Shown one piece after another: positions 1-13,900 of a DNA stretch of 64,000 nucleotides (position 1 is the stretch's first letter; every line of letters starts with the position of its first letter). A model generated the notes under the pieces. It did no database searches. It saw nothing but the letters and a program-made list of their open reading frames with translations, and was not told the origin of the DNA. A program made the position numbers and the translations under genes. Source of the stretch: Camelus dromedarius (lineage: Eukaryota). The stretch covers positions 109,556,001 through 109,620,000 of the forward strand of contig NC_087437.1 of assembly GCF_036321535.1 (NCBI RefSeq), written 5' to 3'.

Positions 1-86
1 ATAGTTTTGCAAGAACTAACCCTTCTGTTTAACAACCCTTAATAATATTAAAATTAAAGTACGTTCTTCGCGCTTAAACATGACAC

Positions 87-138
87 AAGACTTTTTTTTG
101 ACATTGGAATAAGACTTTTTTTTGAAATTGGAATAAGA
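87..138. repeat. 24-bp tandem duplication
   Basis: AAGACTTTTTTTTGACATTGGAAT (87-110) followed by AAGACTTTTTTTTGAAATTGGAAT (111-134); one mismatch. Confidence 0.9.
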
Positions 139-489
139 AAATTGTGTTGTTGTAAGAATTAAGTGAGATTTTAAGTGCCTTTGTGACAACCTAGAGAAGG
201 TGAACTATGTAGAATGCAAACTGTCATAAGAAAACAGTAGATTTAAATAAATGCAACACTAAAACGCTTCTCTTTAGGCATTTGTAGACATGATTGTCCT
301 GGCTTCCAACTAAGGAATCACTGCACACAGTTAAATCTTTTTGTAGTTTGAATACAATTTTCCCCATCCTTTTATTCTTTACCTCTCTGTTTCCTTTTTC
401 AAGTTACATAGAACTTCCAGGTGATGACAGCTGTCATTCAAATGGAAATAAATATTCAGTACTCATAAGTATTGACAGATACTATTGAT

Positions 490-1505
490 TGTGCCCCTAA
501 TTGTCATTTCTACTTTCTCTTTTGCTAAAAGAACTCAAATTTTGTTCTGGCACAGCATGTCCAGGCTCAGTGATGAATATTGCTAGATTTAAGGCAGAAT
601 TTCTCAACCTTGGAGATTGTCATTTTAGACCAGATAATTCTTTCTTGTGAAGAGTTGTTCTGTGTGTTATAGGACATTTAGCAAGATCCCTGACCTTTGC
701 TCACTAGATGCCAATAGCACCCATCCACCAGTTGTGGCAACCAAAGCTGTCACATATTGCCAAATATCCCATGGGGGGCATGAGGGTGGGTTATAAAATC
801 ATTCCCAGTGGAGAACCTCTGTTTAAGCGAATCCTGGCAGCTCCATTCCCAGATGAGAGGATTGTTCTAGAGTGCACTATGTGACCAGGGCTGGCCAACA
901 AGATGCAAGGAGATATCTGCTGAGATTTCTGGGAAAGCTTCCAAAGCAAGATTTATGAAGAGAAATTCCTTCTTCCTCCTTCTCCTTTTCCTTCCTGCTA
1001 GGTACATAGTCATGTGAGAACTTAAGGCTGGGGTGATGGAAGGCATCTTGACGATCTGAAGGAAAGGTCAAGCTAACTTCATAAATGCAACTTCAAAGCC
1101 TGGACTTTGCTGATCTTCTGCTCCACCCCTGGACTACCAGCCAGAGCATTTGTTGACCTATTTCACAAATAGTCGAGGTTCCTTCCCTCTGGGGACAAGA
1201 TAGTGTCATATTTCTCTGTCCCTAGCTCCCTGGAAGTTAGGTGTGCTCCTGTGACTTGCTTTGTCCAATGTGGACTACTTTGGGGCAGAAACCTTTGAGA
1301 GCCTTTCTCTTCCATGTTGAGATAGAGTCTACATCTGCTTCGGTCCTTAAGATTCACCGTGCTGCTCCCTGCTCGTAACAAGCATCCCTGCCAGTCTTTA
1401 TGGAGTATGTTTCATGTGCAAAAATACACCTTTGTGGCTTTAAACCCTGGTTTCTGGGGGTATTTATTTCAGCGGCATCACAAAACCTAATTCAACAGAT
1501 ACATC
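490..1505 (+). mobile_element. MaLR LTR fragments (MLT1J/K-like), interrupted by MER20
   Basis: MLT1-type segments (ATGTGACCAGGGCTGGCCAA; GTTAGGTGTGCTCCTGTGACTTGCTTTGTCCAATG) and a 3' end ...TTTAAACCCTGGTTTCTGGGGGTATTTATTTCAGCGGCAT...GATACA. Family assigned by eye. Confidence 0.6.
595..821 (-). mobile_element. MER20 (hAT-Charlie MITE)
   Basis: Matches the reverse MER20 consensus (CAGAATTTCTCAACCTTGG...CACTAGATGCCAATAGCAC...GAGAACCTCTG), with a decayed 8-bp TSD ATTTAAGG/GTTTAAGC. Confidence 0.8.
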
Positions 1506-1794
1506 TGCCTTTAAATTACTTGCCAAGTAAATAAATATCTGTATTTATGGTACTTTTATTTATTAAAATATTTTTAGTATTCCAAGAGAATCCTAAATAA
1601 TGCAGAATGTTTGTTGAATTGTTTTTTAATTTTCTAAAAAAAAATATAGGTGGTATGTTTGAGATGATATCGAAAGTTGACTGTCAATTAAATAACGAGG
1701 ACTTTAGAACAATACAAAATTCTACATGCACATGGGCTTGTTTTTAATCCATTTGTTCTGTAAACTCTTTTCCATGCTATATTCATGCATTCAG

Positions 1795-1796
<2 letters not shown>

Positions 1797-1839
<43 letters not shown>
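1797..1839. repeat. (CA)n microsatellite
   Basis: Uninterrupted AC run of about 21 units. Confidence 0.97.
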
Positions 1840-1841
<2 letters not shown>

Positions 1842-4564
1842 GCAAACATACACCTCCCTCCCTGTTGGAAAGGTAGGACGGTCTGTTTCTCTCCAGTGCA
1901 CAGTTGACAGAACACACTGGGACTGGATTTTTCACATATAACCAGAGTTCCCATATGTCTATTTAAATATTTAAGCATAAGTCATTTGCTTGTAAATAAG
2001 ACTCACAATTATTGTAAATGTATATTCATCAATTATTTAGTGGTTAAATTTAAATTTGAATACAACTAAATTATTTCTTCACTCATCCAATCATTCAATT
2101 GCTTATTGAATGCTTACTAGGTAATAGGCAAGTATGTTTTCATATATACTGTCCAGCTAGTCTTGGTTTAAACTCCCTCACCGACAGAAAGTGAACATGT
2201 TCTCTGAAGAGTGAGATGCTAGTCCAGTTTCCAGTCCTATGATGGTGTTTGCTGCCAGAACACCTGCACCGTGTGGTATAACTTTTTACACCTTATGGTG
2301 CACAGTCAACAACAACAGCAATAAAAACAAATTCCACCACCACAGGCTTTGACCCTAGACCTGCATGCATTTAAATCAAGGCTTTGTCTCTCGTAAGCAA
2401 GTTCACCTTTCTGAACTGCAAGAGCATCCTTTCTAGAGGGTCTGTGGCAACTAAGTAACGTGATGTATCTGAAGTGCGCAGTGCTGAAACCCGGCACAAA
2501 ATGAAGACCTAATGGAGGTGCCTTTCCTCTTTTTCTGTGGATCCTGAGAATCCGCTTCCATCTTTCTAGGACCTCTTACTCTTTTCTCATAAAAAGAAAA
2601 ACATTCATTAAAAGTTCGTGACAGACTCCAAACCTACACTTACATTCTGTAAAAGTGAAAAATAATTTTGAGAAAGTTAAAAACTGCTGTCACATCTGTA
2701 AAAGGCCTGGTGAACTACAAATTGAGTTAACGTAGGCTTTCTTACAGTTTATGTTTATCACTGCAATTTTCTTATAGTTTCTAGTTTCCTCTCTTTGACA
2801 CATCAAAATGAGTGCAGTATGTAGGAAATTATACAGAAGTAGAAAAGCTTGAAACGGACATTTTCACAAAAAAGTAACTGAGGATAGAAAAAATATGTTT
2901 CAGAGTATTAATACCCATATTATTGTGTTGTTGTAAGAATTAAGTGAGATTATAATACAATGTGTTACAGCTCGGGGCACAGAATAGACTCTAATGGTAG
3001 CTTATTATATTTACCATTAAGTAAGAGCCAGTAAAAAGTATGTCTCTGAAAAAAAATATACAGATAGATACAGATATATAGAGATAGATAAATCGGAAAA
3101 TTTAATCATCCAAATTAGTGCATCAGATAACATGTGTAATAGTCTATTAATGTCCTCACACTTGTTTTAAAAAAATAGAGGCTAAGATCCCCTTCTGTTC
3201 ATACACATTGACAGAGGGGTGGGGGAAGCGAATCCATAAGAAAAGAGACTACTTAATAAAAGCCATGGAATAGAAGCAGCAAGTGTGTAGAAACGAAGGA
3301 ACAAACTGTTATCTTAATAGTAATTCATCTTATTGTGACTAAATCACTTGTAAGGCTCCTGTTTGCACTTCACAATAAGAAAGCCAAAGTCAATTAAGAT
3401 TTCAAGCCTTACATATCACTGGGTTTAATACATGTAAACCTAATGTTCCTGGTCGGCAGCCTTGTAAAAAAAACAGACATAATTGCAGGCAGTGGCATAA
3501 TATGTGAAAATGCATATTCACAGATACTGGTTTACTGAGAACACAGATGTGTGTGTGTGTGTAAAAATTCTACAAAATAAGCTGCCGTTATACATCACAA
3601 TATCAATTCTTTCCAGAAAAAAGGTAATGATGCTTGTGTGTTTGCCTCCAAACCGATATGCATCCGATGTTTTCTCATTATACTCAGCCTAATTAAGATT
3701 TTAGACTTTTCCTTTTTATTATACCATTTGGCATGTTTTTGTTTGCACACCTGAAGACTTCAAACATGAAGGCTGAATTTTATCTTAGGATGGGAAAGAA
3801 TGCTCTGCTTGCTGCTTTTGCCATGTATTTTCCACAAAAACCAGACTGCCCCAAAGCAGATCAACATTAAAACATGTTTTCGTCCCAGTGTGATGAGGTA
3901 CTAGGTCCTGTGACTGAATTTGAGAGAAATGATTGATTAAACACGTCAATCTATTGGTTAAGTTTGCACGCTACTGTTTACTCTTTCTGCTGCCATTTTA
4001 TTATGGTGTTCAGGAGAACAAGATGTCGATCGCTGCTCTACTGACATTTTAACAATAATGGTGATCCAGGCTGTGCTTTTATTCTTACTCAGGTGTTAGA
4101 AGAGCAAGCTTGGGAAACAACACAATGCAACCACAAAGATTTTCTGTAATCCTACTGTGTACAAAGCATTTACACATAAGCATTCTCTTCTTCCACCTAA
4201 AACTCTTCACCTGCTTCTGAATAAACTGAGAGTAAAATCCATGTCTATGCCTTTACCTAGGACAGTGGTCTTCAAATATTTTATCTAACTTACCTCTAAA
4301 ATAATTTAGAGCAACTAGGACCTACTCCCTACATATTGTAAGCTGGTATTTAAAATGTTCAGTGTAAGTCTAAATGGTGTCAAAATATGTAATTTCTGAT
4401 GTATTGTATCTTGCATATATTTTCATTAGATCATTGGAACTGAAGACTTATTATTTTCACTTTGGGGAACATATCTGTGATATCACTAATTTTTAACATT
4501 AGTCATCCTTGTCAAACCAATCAGCCAAAACAGAACTAATTTCTTAAAAAGGTAAGATTTATTT

Positions 4565-4566
<2 letters not shown>

Positions 4567-4621
<55 letters not shown>
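4567..4621. repeat. (CA)n microsatellite
   Basis: Uninterrupted AC run of about 27 units. Confidence 0.97.
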
Positions 4622-4625
<4 letters not shown>

Positions 4626-4698
4626 TCTTACTATATCTCTAAACTAAGAGACTGTTTCTAAATTCTAACTCTAAAATAGAGACAGATGGAATAATAAA

Positions 4699-4838
4699 TA
4701 GATAGATGGGTGGATACAAGATAGAGGATAGAGAATAGATGGATAGATGATGGATGGATGGATGGATGGATAGACAGAGAATAGATGGATAGATGATGGA
4801 TGGATGGATGGATAGACAGACAGATGAGAGAGAGAGAA
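4699..4838. repeat. Compound (GATA)/(GGAT)n repeat with a higher-order duplication
   Basis: GAGAATAGATGGATAGATGA(TGGA)nTAGACA occurs twice in tandem, followed by a GA run. Confidence 0.9.
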
Positions 4839-7347
4839 TATTTAGGTTATGAATATTTCACTGGATAAAAGGAAACAAAAGTTTGTTTGGTCTTTCTTGC
4901 TTGCTCCTCCAGCACTTGTCCTCAGGAGCACTGCCCTGACTTACGCCCTGGGACACTGCACCAAGGTGTGATTCAAGATAGGTGCTAGGTGTGCTTTGTT
5001 TCTGAAAATGGGAAAAGGACAATTACGGAAAAGGTGGGAAAGGAGAAGTAGCAGAGCTCAGGTGCACTCTCAGTGGGGTCAATTTTAGGACAGAGTAAAT
5101 GGAGATCTGGAAACGGATGCCCTTCCAATCTATTGGTGCAATCTGGAAAGTCTTCCTGGACCTGCAGAGGCACACAGACGGTCGGAGGACCACTGGCTGA
5201 GGAGGTGGGTCTAGCATGAGCTGGTCCTTGATGACCTCTGGCCTCTACCCTACCACCTGGCTCTTCTCCAGGTGTCAAAACATTCCAACAGCTTTTCTCT
5301 GCACCGGGGCCTGTGCACAGCCTATTCCCTTGTGCAGAAGGTTCTTTCCTTTGCCTTTCACATCTGGCTCATTGTCTCCCATAGGGTGTCAGTTTAAATG
5401 GCACCTCCTTGGCTGTGTAATATCTATATCCATCCCTCTGCCCTAATACCTCACTTGTCCAGTCTCTATGAATTTCATTTGTTTCTTTCATAACATTTAA
5501 CTGTCCCTATTTATGCTTTCTGTGTACTTATATGTGTTTTCATCCACCAGTGTCCTTGCAGGTGGGAATTATATCCACCATCCTATCAGGGTAGCCTCAG
5601 GGCTGGGCTCAGTGTCTGTAAATAGATCAATGAAAAGCCCTCAAAGCATAAGAAAATGTAAAAACCAGAGGAATTAACCCTTCATTGGTTGAGAGCATAA
5701 AACGACTCTAGTCCTGCAACAGTTTCATTGTACAAGATAATTAAATTTTTACTGTCTACTGGGTTTGAAATACAGCTTGGAATTCTCTCAAGTAAATTTA
5801 AATATATAACAAAACTTCATAAGGTTGTACACAAAATCAGTCTTAAACTGCTATGCATACGTATTCAGATTTCATCTATTCAAAATACTGAGAGTGGTGC
5901 AGTATTGCAAGGGTTGTAAGTATTCGATTACCAGACAATAAAACGTAGAAGTAAAAGCAGAAAGGACTGGACTGAGATGATGAGATAAGATAAAACAAAA
6001 CCAAATGATAAAACCTTGGCTGAAGGCAACTGAAAATCACAAGAAGATGTTTAAGATCTACATATAGAAATATTAAAAATATTTTTGTCATTTTAATATT
6101 TTAAGTAGAAATCTGAATAGTACACAACCCAACTAATATGATTTCCAGAAATAGGACATTAGGGAAAAAAAGAGGCAGACTTAGGAATAATGAATTTGCT
6201 GACACAATTTTAAAGAAACTCTCACCAATATGATGGATGAGAATACTGAAGTACTTTCATTTACAAATTATTGAAATTAGAAACTGACTGACAATGGGAA
6301 AATCTTTATATAAACTTATTTAGTATGTCAATTTTAACAACCTTATGGTATAGAGATTTTTATTTTTTATGAATATGGGAAGTGAGACAAAGTGACTATT
6401 TGAATTCAGGTCTTTATTTCAGATTTCTCATGTTGATTCAAATAAAACATTTTTTTAATTTATAAAAATACGATGGCTTGTTCTGTTCATATAGCACTGT
6501 GGGATAATCAGGGAACTTCCTGGCTAAGTCGACATCCCTTCTGATAACCTAGAGCAGCTTGCGCCTGCCACAGAACAGAAGCACAACATGTGTTTCCTGA
6601 ACATATGAGTGATGCAAGGAGTGAAAAAGGAAAATAATTCGCGTCTCACAAGCTTCCTGGCTGATTATATAAGCAGCATCTATCCGTTGGACGAGGCTTA
6701 TTATCCTAACGCACCATGTCAGTAGAACTTCTGAGTAACTAGGATTAGACCTTCTTATTCAGAGTTACTTTATTTTCAAATGGCTTCACAACTTTCTTCC
6801 CTAAATTAGGTTTTGTGAAAATGAAACACCTTCTAAAATGGAATTCGCATTTCTGGGCTGTGGAGAGCCTCTTTCTTTAGGTTATGGAAAACAGAAAGAA
6901 GGAACTTACAGTAAATAACAAATAGAATCACTCTGACATGAATTTAATACCTATTTCAAATGAACCGTATCTTTCCTGATGTACATTCCCCTTTTGGGCA
7001 TAATTTTATTGGGGATAGTAAGGATTTTCTGTAAATTTGTTGCCACAAGATTGATTTAATGGAGCCAAAGCAATATGTGTGTGTGTGTGTTTCTGAGCAC
7101 CAGAAATTCAGACTTTAACCCCTTAAATGAATAACTTTCTGATTATTTACAGCATCTATAACATTTATTTTGTGACTTTTTTGAGGAATGTAATCTATTA
7201 GTGGATAAAAAACTGCCAAAAATGTTGGCAATCTTACCAATAAGGATGTGAAACTTGGTATATCAATTACTCTCCCTCATCTTAAAGTTTTCTCATCTCA
7301 AAAACAGGCATTATGGTTGATGGTAGCTAACACCTAGAGTCACCAAG

Positions 7348-7698
7348 TGTGGACAGAATGTTTGTGACCTTCCAAATTTCATATGTTAAAGCCCTTACCC
7401 CAAAGGTGGGGGTTTTGGGGGTGGAGCCTTCAGGAATTGATTGGATTTAGCTGAGATCCTGAGGGTAGAGCCACCATGATGAGGTTAAGGGCTTTATAGA
7501 AAAAGGAAGAGAGTAGAGTGCTCTCTCTACCCAATGTGAGGATGCAGAAAAAAGACCATCATCCAAAAACGAGGAAGTAAGCTCTCACCAAACACCGACT
7601 TTCCTGGCACTTTGATTTTGGACCTCCTAGCCTACAAATTGAGTAATAAATGTTTGCTGTTTAAGCCACCCAGTCTACAGTATTTTGAATTGACTACA
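7348..7698 (+). mobile_element. MaLR solo LTR (MLT1A/B-like)
   Basis: TGTGGACAGAATGTTTGTG...TTCATATGTTAAAGCCCT start and ...AATAAATGTTTGCTGTTTAAGCCACCCAGTCTACAGTATTTTG...GACTACA end. Confidence 0.8.
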
Positions 7699-8358
7699 AA
7701 TTTTTTTAGGAACCACAGATGCCTATGTGCAAATGAAGTGATAATAATAATAATGATAGTTACAATAACTTTTTTAAAGCATTAACCTTGTCCTTGACAC
7801 TGTGCTAATCACTTTCCACATATGAACTCAGCTAATCTCAAAAGCCCAGTGAAGTAGACATAATCAATTCCATTTTACAAAGAAAATTGAAGCAAAGAGA
7901 AGCCATGCAACATGCCCAACTTCCCACACATACTGAGATGTGGAGCTGAGATTTAGATGTATAAAATATTAATAATCGGCCACTTCTATAATTTTATATT
8001 TACCAATATATGTTATATCGCTTCTATTTAGGCTGAAAGCCTTTGAAGGCAAAAACTAAGGCACATCTTTCTGACATCCGTCATAGCACATGACCGTGCA
8101 GGGGAGTGATGTTAATATGTATTTATCAAACATATTCATTACATTGCACTTGTCCTTGTAACTGACTGAAAATAAGCACTAAAGGTCAAGAAACAATGCA
8201 TATATCATATTATTAAAATGACATTTTAAGGAAAACCTAGCTGGAATGATTGTGTATAAACAAAAAAATGTCTGATATACATATTAAATGGTACATTTAT
8301 TTTATCTTTATGGCTTCATTGTCCTATCAAGGGATGTTTCAGCCCAAATGCATTAAGC

Positions 8359-8862
8359 TGTCTAGGTCAGTGTCCTGGCAGAAAGTAGATGGCACTTTTA
8401 TAGGAGGTGACAGAATGAAGGTGATGATAAAGGTAATGAAGGTGCTCTTTATAAACATGTGGCAGGTTAGGAGAAAGGTAAGGGATAGTAAGGTAGCTTC
8501 TGGGTTTATCAAAAGCTATAGGTCATGACCAGCCTACCAACTGTTAAGACTGAAGGGGCAGGGGTATGGAACACTGAGACACTTAGAACTTAAGGAGAGA
8601 GACACGCAAAATGAGCTAAGACCTGTGGAGGAGGAACTCACACACTGACAACTCATAGAGAACCAGTGGGGAAGGAGTCAAGGAGACAAATAATTAAGCC
8701 ACATTCTGTTCCTGCCTTGCCATCTGATGGGATTTTCTATTGGCCAAAAGCAATACTAAGCCAGAAGGCAAGAGAACCTTTTGATACAACTCCTAAAAGT
8801 CAACAGAGATTAGAGATGGTAGAGAGTGGATCTGGATGGACAAACAGAGACTATCCATCATA
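8359..8862 (-). mobile_element. ERVL-class solo LTR (LTR33-like)
   Basis: Ends GTCAGTGTCCTGGCAGAAAGTAGATGGCAC and GAGAGTGGATCTGGATGGACAAACAGAGACTATCCATCA resemble old ERVL LTRs. Family uncertain. Confidence 0.5.
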
Positions 8863-10132
8863 GCCACTGGAGAAGACAGTCTCCTATTGGAGGAACCGTG
8901 GCTCCATCGATCTTGGGAGGTTAGTGTGTATGCACACAGAGGATCTGTTCCAGGCTGTCTTCAAGAAGTATTACAGCAATCTGTAAAGTAAGGGTAAATC
9001 ACTTTCAGGACATGTTACGCCTTCTTGAACTTGGGAATATGCGATATTTATATCTGGGCCCTCTTTGTCTCAATTCTTCACTGAGAAAAGGCAGCTGTCT
9101 CTGAGCAACTTATAGGAGAATCAAGACTTTGCCAGAACACAGTGCTTGCTGTCTACCTAACTTCACTGAGATTAAATTCAACTCCTACTTGACTCAATTC
9201 TTAAACCATATTCTCAAACGGCTTCTGTACTCTTATACAACATAAGGTTGGGTAAACCTATATAGTGTTTTGAAAAGGCTCAGTGTGCTAAAAATCGTCA
9301 CCTTTCAGCAGGACCAACATGCTTCAGGGCAGTACTTATTTTGACAATAGATATTAATTTGTGAGGATCTTTCTGTGCCTCAGTTTGCCTAATTTGAAAA
9401 AAAAAGTAAAAATTTAAATCCTTCTTGGATCTGACATTCTTTGATTCCTTGTGTTCTTTGACCAAGGGTGGAGGTGGAGAATGGGGGAAAAATATAACAG
9501 AGATGAGAGGACTTTCCCAGAGGCAGAATAAGATGAGAGTTAACAAAGATTTAGGCAAAGAGAAGTATATTTCTTTAATTTTTTGTGGGGGTAGTAATTC
9601 CCAACTCTGATTCTTTGTTCGTAGTCCCTCCGGGGATGATCAGAACAGTCTATTTCATGTCCCTATGTTATCAAAGAGAAGATTTAAGTTTTATCTTTGG
9701 GGGAGATAGCTATTGGTTACATAACTGGTTATGCATTCAATTTTAACCTGAGAAAAAGCTTTATTTTTCTCATTACCTAGAAAGAGTTACTAGAGAAGGA
9801 TTATTGCACACACACACACACACACACAGCCAAACAAAAAGTACTGGTAGAAAAGCTACGTTGTCAGTGAAGACACACTGCTTCCCAACTTTGGACGCTC
9901 ACATATGCTGTCCCTCTGCTTGGAATGCTCTTCCTTTTTTCTATTCAATTCTCTTACAATTCACTTTTCCTATTCAATTCTTCTCTTACAGATTTAAACT
10001 CAATAATATTTTTACTCTGGGAAAAGCTTTCTGAACCTTCTTAAACTTTGCCCATTTCTCTCATTAAATGAGCTCAAAACACCATAACCCTCTTATTCAT
10101 AAATTTTTTTTCAGTTTAAAATTACATATGTA

Positions 10133-10297
10133 GAGCTCAAGTGGTAGAGCACATGCTTAGCATTCACGAGGTCCTGGGTTCAATCCCCAGTATCTCCTCT
10201 AAAAATAAAAAAGTAAGCAAATAAGCAAATAAATAAACCTAATTACCCCCCACCAAAAAAAATTTTTTTAAAACTTTAAACAAGTAAATTAAATAGA
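10133..10297 (+). mobile_element. Camelid tRNA-derived SINE (Vic-1-like), slightly 5'-truncated
   Basis: GCTCAAGTGGTAGAGC (A box) ... GGTTCAATCCCCAG (B box), AAATAAACCTAATTACCCCC, A-rich tail. TSD TAAAATTACATATGTA (10117-10132) / TAAAATTAAATATGTA (10298-10313). Confidence 0.88.
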
Positions 10298-10734
10298 TAA
10301 AATTAAATATGTATTTGTGTGATTATTTAACTCATGTTAATTTATGTTCATATGCCTTTCCTACACTGGAAGCTATATGAAGACTGACTGTCTACTGTGG
10401 TCATTAATGTCTACGCCCAGTGGCCTGCCTTGGAGAGTCATTGAGTGAGGTACGTTCTTACGCACAATTTGATAACTTACTACAGTGACTGCTTATGTTT
10501 CAGATAAACATGTTCTTAGAAGAGGTACTATTGGTTCTGGGCAAGGGAAGGAAGTGTTACCTAAAGCTACGTCCCTGATTCACACCAAGACATTACCATG
10601 GTATGTTGCTTCTGTCCGTCGCATCTGAGAAAATGTGATTAACTGTTTTATTTTATTTATTTTTTTTTCTGGAATAAGATTTCCAAAGCATCTACTCTAA
10701 GCCTATACGAGATATATGTTTATAATCTCTATTT

Positions 10735-10956
10735 CAGACCTGTTCAATTTGAGTGTTGTTGATATTCTGGGCTGGTTAGTTTTTGTTGTGGGGAGCTATA
10801 CTCTGCATTGCAGAATGTTTAGCAACATTTCTGACCTCTACCCACTAAATGCCAATAGCAGTTCCCCTACCTCCAACTTGAAACCAACAAAAATATCTTG
10901 AGACATTGCCAGATGTCCCCTGGAGGACAAAAATCATACGCAGTTGAATATCACTG
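10735..10956 (-). mobile_element. MER20
   Basis: TGCATTGCAGAATGTTTAGCAACATTTCTGACCTCTACCCACTAAATGCCAATAGCA...GACATTGCCAGATGTCCCCTGG matches the reverse MER20 consensus. Confidence 0.8.
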
Positions 10957-13900
10957 TTGTAGAGGAAAAACCTGACAGATTCAAAAGAATATATACACAT
11001 AATGGAAAAGTGCTTTTGAAATACGAACACAAAATTTTTCCGTTATGCTTCACAGCAAAAAAGGAATGGTTGGCTTGTTAGTCTTCATCGCGTGGCCCAC
11101 TAAGAGCACTATAAATTTAAATTGTTGCCATTCTTAATGGTTTTATTTTATAGTTTCAAAAAATCTTAACCTGTAATCACTCCCTAGAGGTTTGTAAGTA
11201 AAAGTTGCATCTTTATAAATCAAATAAATCAAGAAATAGTAGGCCAGTATAGGTCACTCTTCCAATATCTAAAATTTCACTCAGGTTCCCTATGCTTTTA
11301 ATTAAGACTTTTGAATTTGGTTTGGTTTCTCAGCACATAAGCTCACTTAAATACAGCTATGCAAATTGATGTACGTGAAAAGCTTGAAAAATAGAATTAG
11401 GCAAAGTTCTAAAATAAATCTAGTTCTAGTAAATTGCAAATTTTTAATTAAGAGCTACTAATCACAACATGGTTCTTGTATTCCTTCAGATACAAGGTGC
11501 TTATTACCCTAAGGTAGACTAGGATTGATTTTGAAAATAAGTGAATTTACCTTTCCTTCTGATGACACAATAAAGTAGTCCTGCTGGGTGATACGACTGT
11601 TCCACACACAAAAGCAGGTGAAAGAAAGGTGAGCAATTATACAAACACAGACTGTGCCGGCAATAGATTGGACAACGTATTTACAAACGTATTCTCCTTT
11701 GTTGAGTTAAATACCAGACAGTTCTCCATTGATTTGATTTTGTGCATGAAATCTGGCCTCAATTTCCATATTAACAAAATGGTTATATTAGGAATAACTT
11801 TCTACTTTGAAGCAACAATAAAGATATGATACATAAACATATACATCATATATGTTTAATATATCATAAATGATCTGTGTCCAACAAATACTAGTTTAAA
11901 TTTTAAGATGAATTGATAACACCCCTAACATTTTGAAATAAGTTTCCTACATATTTGTTTGTTTCTTCAACATATGCCAAACATGGAAAAAATAATTTCT
12001 GTGGTTGAATAAAACTGATTTCACAGTTATCTGACAAAGGCATACCTTTCTACCAATCTTCATAACCTTGAATAATTTAATATACACTTAGGTTTTCATT
12101 ATACAGAAATGGTTATCTCTTTAACAAATTTGCATGGATCCTATGAATCTCAGAAAAAAAAACAATCCTAGAGAAAACATTCACAATATGTATTAGGAGT
12201 AACCCAAATACACTTCTTTTCATTTTCTTTTCTTTTGAACTAATGTTCTCTATGCCTACATGTTAAAAATTACATTTACTTAAATTATCCTTCAAAAAAT
12301 AGGTGGAAACAGCTCCCTGTTTAAAAAATCCTAAGGTGCAAATCCATTACCTTCGCTGTTGTATTCCTCTCTCCTTTTTTACTTAATTGTGATTATTGGG
12401 TCCTGCATTTGCACACCCCTAAACAAATCACTTTCTTGAGCAGCTTTTGGGGAAAACACGTAGAGAGGATTGCAGATATTTTTTTTTCTAACAAGAGGGA
12501 TCTTAAATGTTAAGGTTTGGTACGTAAGACAAGATTGCAGGGCTTAAAATGGTTTTCCCAAATATACACTAGTAAGAAAGTGATCACTTTTTGATGGCTT
12601 AACTGGACTGCTGTGTTCTTGATTCACATGATCTGTGCCATTTGAGTGTGTTTCTTGGTGTGTGTGAATGGGTCTTTCCACAAGTAATTTTGCAATTCTT
12701 TTTGACTATGACTTAACACTGTCTACAGATTTATGAACTATAAGGCTGACTTGGATGGGCATAAATTAATTTACAATGTGACATTCTTCCTCTTTCAAAG
12801 GCCCTGAAGAGGTACCCCCTCCCCATCCTGCATATTATTTTTCAGTGGAAATGCCAATTTCTAGCTTTTCTCAGACAGCTGTAATAGAGAAATTCCACTT
12901 CCATGTAATTTTGTATGTACTGCATTCACATTAATGTTTGATGGAGAGGAAACTAGATAATGGTTGTGGAGAATAAAACTTCTGCAATGATAAGCATGTG
13001 AAACAGACGGAAGCTATTATTAACTCAATTTGTATCTCACCTGGTTATTTTACAGACGTGGCAGGAATCTTTCATTTTATCAAATTATTTTTCAGCTCAA
13101 AGTGTAGAGAAATGGGTTTGGAAATGAAATAGACCGTGAAGTTTTAATGAGTATTTCCTTTCTCCCAGAAAACAACAACAACACCAACAACAACAAAAGG
13201 TGAGAAATTCTACAGAATTTAAAGTTGTTCCTCAAGATCCACAAAGATCAAAGGCTGAAACCAAAACACAGACTGTTTCAGGTTTTGTTTGCTTGTTTTT
13301 AAATCTGAAAACCATTGTAGTACTGCTGAATATGGGAGTCTAAAGGAATTTGGATAAATCTGACTTTCAGGACACAGACTGAAAAGCAAAATCTAAAGTT
13401 GCTCTTTTTCACCCTTATGTAATCAATGGTCCTGTTCCATGTAACAGGCTTTTCTAAGAAAAGATGATTGGAATTACAGAGGAGTATTTGAAAGGTGCAG
13501 AGAGGAAAGGAAAGATGTAAGCTTTATTTTTGACCAGGATATGCCAAGCAGATTCTAATTAACAACAAAAACAACAAATAGCACAGATAAGGAGATACAA
13601 AACACAAAATCTAAGAAAACAAGATAGCACAAAAATAGCAAAAATGTTTTTCTAAACAGTAGGTGTATATATAGTCATGAAGCACTGACCTCATGAGACA
13701 ATGAGTTTTATTCCACTTTTGCTGTAAGTAAAAAAGGGCTTAAGATCAAATGCTCTGAAACCCAAATAATCATGGTGGACAGATTATGCTGAATATGTTA
13801 TTGGTTTATAGATGACCTTATAGGAGGTCAGTGTGTGGACAGTTCCCAATCTATCCATATTAGAGTTTACCTGAAAGACACATTGTTTAAATTTGATGTC

